Positions 53,550 through 64,000 of a stretch of DNA of 64,000 nt are shown here, piece after piece. This DNA is from Trichoplax adhaerens (Eukaryota > Animalia > Placozoa), in NCBI RefSeq assembly GCF_000150275.1, contig NW_002060949.1:4098449-4162448 (forward strand). Direction: 5' to 3'. The notes under the pieces were generated by a model. That model ran no database searches. It was not told the origin of the DNA and was given only the letters and a program-made list of their open reading frames with translations. The position numbers and the translations under genes were made by a program. Numbering within the stretch: the first letter of the stretch is position 1; every line of letters starts with the position of its first letter.

Positions 53550-55959
53550 TCAGATACGAATGCAAAATGAGCTGCGGAGCGTAAACAGAATGAGATATAT
53601 TAGGTGATGTCCCATCAGAAAATATTTCAAGCCATGCTTATTATTTTGCAATGTCCTAGCTTTTACTAATGTAAAAGGTATCATACTTTATAATTTAATC
53701 CATATCACTTCGTTTTATAAAACTATTTAATACCTTTCAAAATTTGGAGAATGAGTAAGAAGATGCATAAATTCTATCTGGCAGAGTGTTCGACTGTGAT
53801 CTAAATCTGCTTCATCTAAGACCTAAGAAATAATTTATCTGTAATTGCAACTTGATCCATTACAAGGGTTACGGTGTCTGTTGTATATATAGTTCGTAAT
53901 AGATTAAATACGATATCTTAACCATAAAGGCATAAATAAAGGAAACACTATATATGTACGTATGTGATGATTGTATGGTAGTACTTGTAATACAGTAGGT
54001 GATAACATTGTAAAAGGCGGACTGATAAGTTACTAATTGTAGTGCGAAGTATAAACTGTAATCGTATCGAGGTGTAACCTCGTGTAGCTATAAATACCGA
54101 TCAACTAATAATAAAATGCGGTTATCAATCTTACTCACGGAGTGAACTTATTATTGAAGAACATAACAGTGTCATCCGTCAAAAGTATAACTATACAATA
54201 TTTCAGACTATGAAAAGAATTTCTGGTGCAATATACTGTAGTAAACGAATTTCATCAAGTCAAACAAGATTCACTATTCCGTAAAACTATTTAATTATTA
54301 CAAATGTGACAGATTCTATCAATATTTACTTAACCAAAACATTGACATATAATGACTATGATCTATAATTGGATACTCTGTAATCTCAGAAAGAAATGCA
54401 CTAAAAGAAATAAAGTAGATAAGTAAGATTATCCAGTGTTGTCACTACGAACAATACTATAGTCTTACCGCCTCGATAAGTATATTTAATTCCTCTTCAT
54501 TAATTCGAGCTTTACCACATAATCTGTAAACCAGCTGCGCAAGATCGCTTCGTCCAATGCTATTATCGCCGTCAAAATCTATCAATGCGAATAAGTAGAC
54601 CTTATGCTAATACTTTTTACTTGTATTTGCTAAAGATTATAATTCTAGCTTATTGTACAGAATATACGCATAGGGCGAATAGGGTAGTCAAACAATATTA
54701 GTATGCTGACATGGTGCTAAAAAGAAATAAATTTAGTTAATATTACTTAATAGTAGTATAATTGCATACCATAATCATACTAAAAAATAACATTTGGCAA
54801 AGAGTTATCTAACATAAGGCGATAATTATATTATATTTTTAAAGAATAGTAAATTTTCATGCTGAATAAAAATTTTAATTATTCAAATTAAACGAAATCA
54901 TATAGCTTATCATTTACCATAGATCGCAAAGGCTAATTCCGCCTTCAAATCTTTAGGAGCCTAATAAAGATATTAAACAAGACATTTACATATATACCCG
55001 ACGAGACCTGATCGAAATCATTAAGTAATGCTTATTTGATAAAAAATACTATACTAACACTAACTTTACTGCTATAAGATGAGACAAAAGAAATATTTAT
55101 AAGATTAAAATTTCCTCTTACTTTCTGATTAAAAAAAGAAAAAAGATTAACCGTATCTTCAAAAGACATGCTTCCATCACGATCTTCAGACGACGATAAA
55201 ATAGTACAAATTCGATCTGCAAATGGATTTACCTATGATGTATTCGATATTAAAGTATCTTTAAGGAGAATACAGTATAAGCCATAATTTTTATATCTAA
55301 TGATATACCGAGCTTTTCTCTACCTATATGCTACCTAACTACTTTGAAGATACCTCCTTTAACAAACTAACATAAGCAAATTTAATTTGGAATATGGCTT
55401 AATGCAATATATCAAATATTGTGAGATTCCATGATGCATGCCTTACAGTCATTTCTGCTAGATCTTCAATGAAATCAATTTGGGATATTCTGCATTCCCT
55501 CCATTGACTAACATTTCTATTTCTTATGCGAAGCAATTCAATCCATCGTCGATGACATCTAAAGTTATTTTATAATTAATTTTTCATAGCGTCGTCATAG
55601 GCAGAAGTAAGCGTTACATTCTCAACCACGATATCATAGATCATAAGAAAGTGAACTCAAAATATTAATCCTGTAATTTTAGCCTAAAAAAGCAAAGTTA
55701 ACAACTACATAGCTAGTAAGTCATTAATTGAAAGAAATGTGGCACAAAATTCACCGAAATAACTTACTCAAGAATTTCTCTGCTAGACAAATACATTGAT
55801 TTCTGTTTCGATACATAAGTACGCCGTCATAAATAAGAATAATATCAGCAAAAAATTTGATTATTCAATCTAGCGCCATGAAATTTTATTTCGATCCCTC
55901 ACTACCTTTAAATTTTCTAATTCTTCTTTCGTTATCTGTGTGCTAGAATTTCCACCCAT
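53550..55959 (-). CDS. CIB: Calcium- and integrin-binding (CIB) family EF-hand protein, 8 exons, 191 aa; absent from the ORF track
   Basis: Exons 55959-55906, 55802-55768, 55558-55447, 55232-55122, 54960-54918, 54578-54469, 53822-53734, 53571-53550 (576 nt, all GT-AG, open). Protein: MGGNSSTQITKEELENLKKSMYLSSREILECHRRWIELL...VNPFADRICTILSSSEDRDGSMSFEDTVNLFSFFNQKAPKDLKAELAFAIYDFDGDNSIGRSDLAQLVYRLCG...VLDEADLDHSRTLCQIEFMHLLTHSPNFESSFCIRI*. N-myristoylation motif MGxxxS. Confidence 0.93.
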
Positions 55960-57328
55960 TCCTTCACGTAAGGTTATTCTATCCAAATGATAATAATTTT
56001 ATTATTACTCTTAGTCCAGTATCGAAGCAGTTGTCAATGTCATAAACATCAAATATTGACTTATCTAAGCCTTTTAATTAAAAATAAGAACAGATGTGAA
56101 GTAAGTAATAAAAATGTAAACATAACTCATAAATACAGTATGATCAATATCTCTTAGAATCTATCTATATAACCATAACCCTAAGGCTAAGCCTAAATCC
56201 TGAATCTACTAACGTCGCCGGTGTACTTATTTCCATTTATTTGGTGTATTTCTAAACAAGGGATATTTTGAAAATGACCTTTACTAATTGCTATGATATT
56301 TATAATTCGGTATTACTGTATACAAAACCTTCAATTTATATACTGTATAAGTGAAATAATATTCTAGCAGCCTATTTTGTTACGTAATAAAACACTTCAA
56401 CAAAGCAATATATGATAAATGCAACTATGATAAATGGGGATTTATAATCGCTTAGGTTCGTAATCTATTGAATCCACTCACTCGAAATTCGAGTGATTAA
56501 AAATGGAGTTAATCTCTAACGTGACTCAATTATACAAAAACACCTATTCGTCATACCACTCATCATGCAATTAGTTTATTAAGCATAAGAGACTATTCCA
56601 CGTCCTAGAGCTACCTTACTTCATAGTACTCTATAACTAGCCGAAATCACTACACTAAGATTCGTTTCTAGACTTATAAACCCTTCTAGTATATTTATAG
56701 ATGTTTCAAGAAAAAATAAATTTAGCTACTTCATTGAAGGCAATGCTTTTGCGATATTTAATTCGAGATTTTGCCTAAGTTATCAAGCTGCAATTTTATA
56801 ACTCCATTTTTTTGAATAAATGTAATATGTAATATACCGGCCTGAAATAATTAATTTAATAGCTTTGTTTATTAAAGCTTAAATATGCCCATTACTTCAT
56901 AGCATATCCGGATTTAACCATTACGAAGTTCTCGTCCCGTATATACGTGTAGGTCAAGAGTCAATCCATCCCTCGTTAATGTTATTGACAATATTCTTCT
57001 ATTGCAATTTTAGCACAGTTTCAATATGATTCTTCTCAGCTACGCAATTTTTTTAAGTATATAGTTATATCTAAAAAGCAGATAGGCTTTACGTCGTTAG
57101 CTAATAGTCTACATAGCATTTAAAGACATTGTAATAAAATACACTTTATCCTGTAGTCGCATATTACTGTATCTTAGTATCACTATAAAATAGAATCGTT
57201 TGCATAGTAATGAAGAGCTCAAATCATCAAATTGTGGATTAATGTGATTTCCTAAGGAAACTTAAGTTGTTTTGCAAATTTAAAATCTGTCTAACCATTC
57301 AAGGTATATTCCATAGTACTGTTAATAC

Positions 57329-57560
57329 CCGGTAGTTTTTGTCGATAGTCCGTATATCAAGTCTATACCGATATATTACAAAGTCACAAAATACTTGATT
57401 ATTAACCCAAGTGACACATAAATGTGATGATTTTCTCGATATGGTTATATTCCAGATTACTGCTCAATAGTTAAAGCCTGGTAATTTTCGTGGGTAGTAT
57501 ATCAAGACTATACCGATATATAATAAGGTCGCAAAATACGTACATTTTAAACCAAATGAA
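57329..57560. repeat. Two degenerate copies with ~150 bp period
   Basis: GTATATCAAG(T/A)CTATACCGATATAT...GTC(A/G)CAAAATAC at ~57352 and ~57497. Confidence 0.75.
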
Positions 57561-57584
57561 ATTATTAATGATTATGAAAGTCAT

Positions 57585-58250
57585 GTTATATTATCCCAAA
57601 CGATATGTGAATTTCCTAGTTTCTCTAACTTACTAATATTGCTACCATCTATTCAACTATATTGTATGTTATTTGATATTAAGATTAACCAAGTAACAAC
57701 ATATTCTGTTATATTATAGTTCGATTACCCCAAGTGATATTTGAACTTGTCTATTTTCTCTAACTTACTAATATTGCTACAATTTAATCAACTATACGAG
57801 TACGATGTCGATACAGTATATTATTTGACATTAAGGCTAACCAATTAACAATAAATTGTGTTATATTATGATTAGATTATCTCAAGTAATATTTGAACCT
57901 GTCTATTTTCTCTAACTTTCTAATACTGCTACAATTTATTCATCTATACGAGTATGATATCAACAAGGTTTGTTGTTTGATATCAAGGCTAGAAATCAAC
58001 AATGTATTGTGTTATATTATGATTGAATTATCCCAAGTGATATTTGAACTTGTCTATTTGCTCTAACTTACTAATATTGCTACTATCTATTCAGCTATAT
58101 GACATCGAAACGACATGTTATTGGATGTTAAGGTTAGCCAATCGTGATATTTGAACATGTCTATTTGCTCTAAGTTACTAATATTGCTACTATCTATTCA
58201 GCTATATGACATCGAAACGACATGTTATTGGATGTTAAGGTTAGCCAATC
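57585..58250. repeat. Degenerate tandem repeat, ~5 units of 110-150 bp
   Basis: GTGATATTTGAACTTGTCTATTT(T/G)CTCTAACTTACTAATATTGCTAC recurs near 57600, 57735, 57885, 58035 and 58145; the last two units are nearly identical. Confidence 0.9.
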
Positions 58251-60047
58251 AACAAATTCTTATTCTGCGTGTATTACCTAATGCATTGATATATCATTCC
58301 ATCTTCTTTTGATGTTCTATTTAAATCTCATTAGCTTTAACAGTAGTCACGGACAATATATTCGAGCATATTAATCCGATTTCAAAATAACCTATTTTCT
58401 ACGCTGCTATCATTTATGATAGGCGACCACTATAATAAAAAGTGGCCCCGTTGCGTTTATAAGAATAACAATTTTATTGTCATGCAATCGCTATAGTTTG
58501 ATCAGGTTGAACTTATACCTAGAAATGGAAAGTTAAAGACTAACTTAGTTCTCTTTCCCTCGATTACAGATGAGAGGTTATATTGCTGGTATAATCGGTC
58601 CTCGTATAATTCAATTTCTTCAATTTTCTTCAATAACAGCCCAATTACCCAAGTCATTCAATGGACTAAGTAAGTTATGATTTAATTCTATTCATATCAA
58701 ACTCTCAAGTCATAAATTATCTTTCATCCATGAATAGACCTAGAGCAAGAAATGAACTTCTTACTGAGGTAACCAGCTGTAAAAACAAGATCTACTATAG
58801 CGAATTATGACGTCATGATCAGCATGGAGAAAGCAATTTCAAAGCGTTCTTTTCTTGATAGAGTAATTAGAGGAGCAATTCCACAATCCTCTTTTGAGCT
58901 TTTGTAGCGTTAAAATAATCAATCATTGTCATCATTGAATTCTTACTCTTGTATGACAACAGACTGTTTTTTTATTTATTATTCACTATTATTCATGACT
59001 TGATATAGTTGATACGATTTCTTACCTTTCTTTCCTATTCAAAATCAAGTGGATAGAAATAGAAATTGAAAAAAAGAAGAAATTACTTAGCCAAACTTAT
59101 AGGATTGAGAGGAAATATTGTGCTACTAAATAGATCTACTCCACGTCAAAACTTCTAATTATATCATAGTATTGACTATAGCCTCAACAGATATTCTATA
59201 AAACACTCTTCTTCATCGTCATTATTGAATACCGTCGTTGAAGTTATTCTTGGCAGATATTAATCAATTAAAATAGCTTCTACTTGAGCCGAGATTGATT
59301 GATAGAAATTGATTTATTTCTATCATCAGGCTTGAAAGAAAATCTTATAAATTCTATTTCTGTAGACACAGATTTATTCCGCCATTGCAAGTTGAATAGA
59401 CGACTACATTGTACTATCGCTACTCTTTTCAACGCTTGTTTTTTATCCAATTAAAATTATTACAACGGCCTAGAATCAAGGATGGGTGGCTGGCAATCTG
59501 TCTTTACTGTTGAAGAATTAGAAGAATATGAGGTAAGGTAAAACGGCAATCAATAGAACCTTGAACTAATTTCTCCGTTGACTATTGACATAACTTATTT
59601 TCTAACATATCCAAAACAATATGCGCAATCATTCTCATGGTAATGAACTTCTTGCAATTTTCGCTGTAATTCATTCAAAAATTCGGTCACCTTAAATGAA
59701 TAGAAATGAATTATGTTCAGCAATATTATTGCCGATAATCACAGATTAGTTCTTCTATTCCTATTAACCGAGAAATTGAAACATCCTGCCGGTACAATTC
59801 GATTCAATGACTGCATCGGAATCGACCAGAATGGATTTAGAATTGAGGCTAGTAAAGTCCCTTCATCCTATCAAAATAGAAATAGTTTTCATTTCTCAAT
59901 CTTATCCTATTGAACCATTATGTATAATTGGTGTCTCTATATCAGATACTAACTAGAATTGGTTCTAATAATTTTCTCTCCTCAACAAATTTAGACTACC
60001 AAGGTATCACAGAATGTCATCAATCATTTAAAATAGGTAAAAATTTA

Positions 60048-60540
60048 CAGTATAACAACTACAGTACTGTTTTAACTGAAAATAAAATCTCTTTGCGGCT
60101 ACTATTCTACTCCTAACCTAGTACCCCCAAAATTGAAAAGATTAAATTGCGATAGATCTTCTCTTCATATTTATACAAGAAAAACGATATCGACAGTTAT
60201 AACTCTGTGAAATATAAATCAGTATAACAACTACGGTACTGTTACGGAAATAAAGTCTCTTTCCAACAACTATTCTACTTGTAAATCGGCACCCAAAATT
60301 TTATGGACTGAGTTGCGATAGATCTGGATTTTCAGAGAAGAAAAATGGCATTGACTGTTCTTACTGTGTCAAATATAAATCAGCATAACAACTATGGTAG
60401 TGGTTTAACTGAAATCAAATCTCTTTGCGACGACTATTCTACTCCTCAACCGATATCCCCAAAAATCCAAGGATTGAGTTGTGATAGATCTTCCCTTCGT
60501 ATTTTATAGAAGAAAAATACTACCAGCAGTTCTAACTCTA
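60048..60540. repeat. Degenerate tandem repeat, 3 units of ~160-175 bp
   Basis: CAG(T/C)ATAACAACTA...TCTCTTT...ACTATTCTACT...GATAGATCT at 60048, 60220 and 60381. Confidence 0.88.
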
Positions 60541-60902
60541 TTGAAGATCAATCTGATTGTCAGTCTTGAATGAAAATTTTCAGCTTGTGTACATACTAAA
60601 ACTCTAATGTTCCGATCGTTAATTTCAACACGAATCTGGAATACAAAGTTTAGTCAAATTCTCTTAGAAACTGCTCTATTAATTACAACTGTACTATACG
60701 AGTAATTGTAGGAAGTGATTATGGCTAAAAATTATCGTACCTTTTCCGCGAGTTGACTAAGGTAAATGACTAATAAATGATAGGAAAACCGTTTTATTCT
60801 AACCTTTAACTCAACGTTTTATATTACATATCGCTGGAAAACAGCATGACTTATTGCTTAATTCTTTAGTACAAAGTAGTGGCCGGCTACGGAATGCATA
60901 GA

Positions 60903-61090
60903 CTGCAAATATAATATAATACATCGCTTTTTACAGTGACTAAAGGGAGAAAATTTTGAATGTCTATTTACGAATAAAAGTTATCAGACTTAACAAAGTA
61001 AGCACTGTAAACATAATATTACATCACTTTATAGTGACTAGAGGAAGAAAAGTTTGAATATCTAATGACGAATCCAAATTATAAGCCGCA
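60903..61090. repeat. Two degenerate ~100 bp tandem copies
   Basis: TACATC(G/A)CTTT...AGTGACTA...TTTGAAT.TCTA...ACGAAT at ~60920 and ~61020. Confidence 0.75.
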
Positions 61091-63284
61091 ATAACGTAAA
61101 ACTTCTATACCCATAGCTTATAGCTTCGGCTATAAAAGCAATCCAATATCAAGATCATATTTCGTAAGATCTATTGTATAGTATAAAAAGAGAAGGCTTT
61201 ACCGATCATAAATGAATATATCGTCCATTTATCACACCCATCTCTTCCAAGAAATTCCTAGATATCCTGAATGAACTCGTTAATGTGGCTTTAATGAACG
61301 ACGAGCAATTGTTGCGGTTGCGGTTGATAATCGACAAAATAATGCCATCAGGATACAAGACGATACGCTAGAACTTGAATATTAAACTTCTCTAATCTAA
61401 ATACGCTTTTAGTCATACCTTTTATTAATGATAAATCCGCTCTGAAATCCTATTTAATTTTACATCCATACCAGCTCAGCTTTCTTGTCGATTAATATAG
61501 ATCAATCATGAAAGAGTATTAAGAAAATTAGATTATATTTCTTGACTCTTTTACCTAAAGAATAGGCTTTCAGTCAAAAAGCAAGCCAATCAATAAAAAT
61601 GGACGCGGCAATTTCGTTACAGCAATCTACTCAAAATGTCCCCATAACCCATTTAGAATCCTTCAGATCTGCTTTATTCAAAGATTATCAACCGCTCTTT
61701 AACTCTAAATCTATTAACTATTAATAGGATTAGAATTATCATTGCTGAAACAGAAAATAGCAAGAAAAGTAGCGGTACCCAAAGGATTTGTGTTCATTAG
61801 CTAGCAATGAAACCTTTTTTTTCGTAGCCCATTTCTTGTTAATCAAACCCGAATTCGATTATGCGTTTTAAGAATGTCTCAGTTAGGATAAATCTCCAAC
61901 ATCAAAATATATTAAAGCTACCAAACAGATAAGATTTATATGCAAGACAGTGGCATCATCAAGGGTTGGTATTTCTTTCCTAGGTATTTTCTTGTTAACA
62001 CCAGTTGCAGTTCCATCATACATTGAGAAAGAGAAATTACTGGCTATATTTTCAGATAGAAATGTGGGAAGGTACCCTATATCTTCATTTAGGGTTTTAC
62101 GGGGAAATAGAGATGCTAAAGAGTGCCGATATTTTCTTTTCTAAATATATTTCTGACTCAATAAAACTGACAAAGTATACCCACTGCCAACCAGCTATTA
62201 AGCCTAGCAGAGACTATAATAAGCATACCGAAAATTTATAATTTAATATCGATATGGTAATGTTAATGAATTGAAAGAGCTCCTCTCAAAATATTCTTCG
62301 TTAATCTATAGTAGTTCTATAGCATACTTTACAGGTCTATTGCTCGCTATTTCTTTCAACTCAATCACTAGAAATATAGCCAAAGGCCCCTAAGCGTTTA
62401 GCAAAGAAACGATAAAGACATTATGTCTAGAGCATGAAATTAATTTTCATTAAAGTAGCGTCTCGCTAATTACTTAAAGTAATGAACGTCTTTTACAGTC
62501 GATAGTAGGGGATTAACATGAGTATTAACTGTCTTTTTCTATTTTCTATACTACGGATATTGACATGAACGATAATTTCATTTGTTACATTATACGCAAT
62601 TAGCTGTGTTGAAAGAATTCGTATTACGAACAAAATAATGTAATTTTCTTTTCATAGTTATTAGGTAACAAATGCCTTATGAAATTTATGTTTTGAATAT
62701 CTTCATGAACTTATTTGCTTATAAATTTTCTAGGCTTTGACCTGTTTCAAAAGTCGAGAAATTATCAGGTAGATAATTCATCGTTTACTATATAATTTTT
62801 TTAAAATTGCTCTTCAAAGCTATTGTATAACAAATAAGCTTAATCGAATATATCGGCCCTAAAATTAATCTAAGCCTAGTGTAAGCTAAAGGATTGATAG
62901 ACCCATTAAATTGGTTCACATTAGCTATATCGAAGATAAAAAATTGATGTAGTTGACTATACTATATTCAATTCTGTAGCTTTGTCTATATTATAACTCC
63001 AGTAATCTACCTATAGAACAGCGCATCAGCAGTTATAGGACATCGTAGTAATAAATATACGCGTAAAAATATAAACTCCTTTACAGCGCAAGAGTTATGC
63101 CTAAAAATCAATGTATCTTGAAATAGGTCGACTTTATTCACTTGATGAAAATTTTATAGATATTAATGTATCTTATTTCACTTTTTGGGTATCTATAATT
63201 TAATCTAGAATGATTTATTATATATTAAATAGCCCTATTCTATATGTAAGAAAGCAAAGACTAACAGCATTTTACTTATTCAAT

Positions 63285-63630
63285 TTTACCTATCCGTAGT
63301 CTATATTATTGCAATAAAATTTACATTAATTTCAATATAATATCAATAGCCCAATCCATAACTTAACCTATAGTAATTCTAACTAAGTATACTTTTAAAT
63401 ACCGTGATTCTATACACAAGCTACGCTGAAGACTAGAAACGTTTTACGTAATCCTATTTTAGTTTCCCGTAATCGATAGTATTACGATAAAATCTACATT
63501 AATTTCAGTACAGTTTTAATAGTTCAACTGATAATTACAATTCAGCCGTTGTGATTTAATATACTTTAAATAACTGGATTCTATACATAACCTAACGCAA
63601 ATACGAACTGCATTTTACGTAACCTAATTT
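63285..63630. repeat. Two degenerate ~175 bp tandem copies
   Basis: TACATTAATTTCA...TATACTTT(T)AAATA...GATTCTATACA...TTTTACGTAA.CCTA occurs twice. Confidence 0.75.
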
Positions 63631-63633
63631 AAC

Positions 63634-63897
63634 TCACTGCAATCGGAAAATGTAATAATAAAATGATATCAATTTCAATTTAGATGTTACCAAAAGTGGT
63701 GTGGAATTATACCGAATGACTTTCCAAAAGATTTCATCACCCGTCTGGATAAGAAAATCTTTATCGAGAGATTTGTCGAAATAGCAGTAAGTCAGTCTTA
63801 AACGATTACTTTCGGCCACTTTTTCGGTATGATACTTAAGCAATTTACTGCAATTGTGATTAGTATCTTGGAGATCACTTCCGGTTGAGAATGTCTC
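63634..63897 (-). CDS. Possible terminal or internal exon of an unidentified gene extending past the window end
   Basis: Open frame with protein-like composition (ETFSTGSDLQ...GDEIFWKVIRYNSTPLL) after a pyrimidine-rich acceptor (ttattcaag); possible donor gtaaca near 63690. No family recognised. Confidence 0.3.
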   Translation of the reverse strand, partial: ETFSTGSDLQDTNHNCSKLLKYHTEKVAESNRLRLTYCYFDKSLDKDFLIQTGDEIFWKVIRYNSTPLLVTSKLKLISFYYYIFRLQ

Positions 63898-64000
63898 TTG
63901 AATAAATTTAAATGAAAATGAAGCAGATTTCACGATTAGAATGAACAATATTTTAAAATTAGAGGCTAACATAATTAATTATTTATTCAAGTGTGTTAGT

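Noticed and set aside
56165-56210. Interstitial telomeric repeat (TAACCA TAACCC TAAGGC TAAGCC)
   Set aside because: Only one exact TAACCC unit; too short and degenerate.
57585-58250. CRISPR array
   Set aside because: Whole units are similar end to end, there are no unique spacers or cas genes, and the context is eukaryotic.
1-64000. A single functional operon linking serpin, SID-1, sulfotransferase and CIB
   Set aside because: The genes are eukaryotic, on different strands and widely spaced; adjacency alone does not support a shared pathway.

Overview
AT-rich eukaryotic genomic DNA (roughly 30% GC by eye) with short GT-AG introns. The compact exon-intron style and frequent TACAGTA/TACTGTA words suggest an early-branching animal such as a placozoan (Trichoplax-like); this is an inference. 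The ORF track misses most real genes because they are split into small exons. Manual splicing gives three complete, co-oriented, tandem SID-1/SIDT-family genes on the + strand (21490-26751, 30507-37161, 39894-45916). Each has 25 coding exons with matching phases, encodes about 798/800/750 aa, and keeps the Zn-binding His residues, but their TM1-TM2 cytosolic loops differ strongly and only copy A has YxxPhi motifs. On the - strand are an intronless atypical serpin that is probably non-inhibitory (10292-11608), a 3-exon HS2ST/UST-like 2-O-sulfotransferase (49223-50533) followed by two decayed tandem copies of its own 3' end, and an 8-exon calcium- and integrin-binding (CIB) gene (53550-55959) absent from the ORF track. 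There is also a probable class A GPCR pseudogene (~19.1-19.9 kb), several degenerate 100-175 bp tandem repeats at 57-64 kb, and low-confidence decayed coding remnants. No rRNA, tRNA, CRISPR array or recognisable transposon was found.
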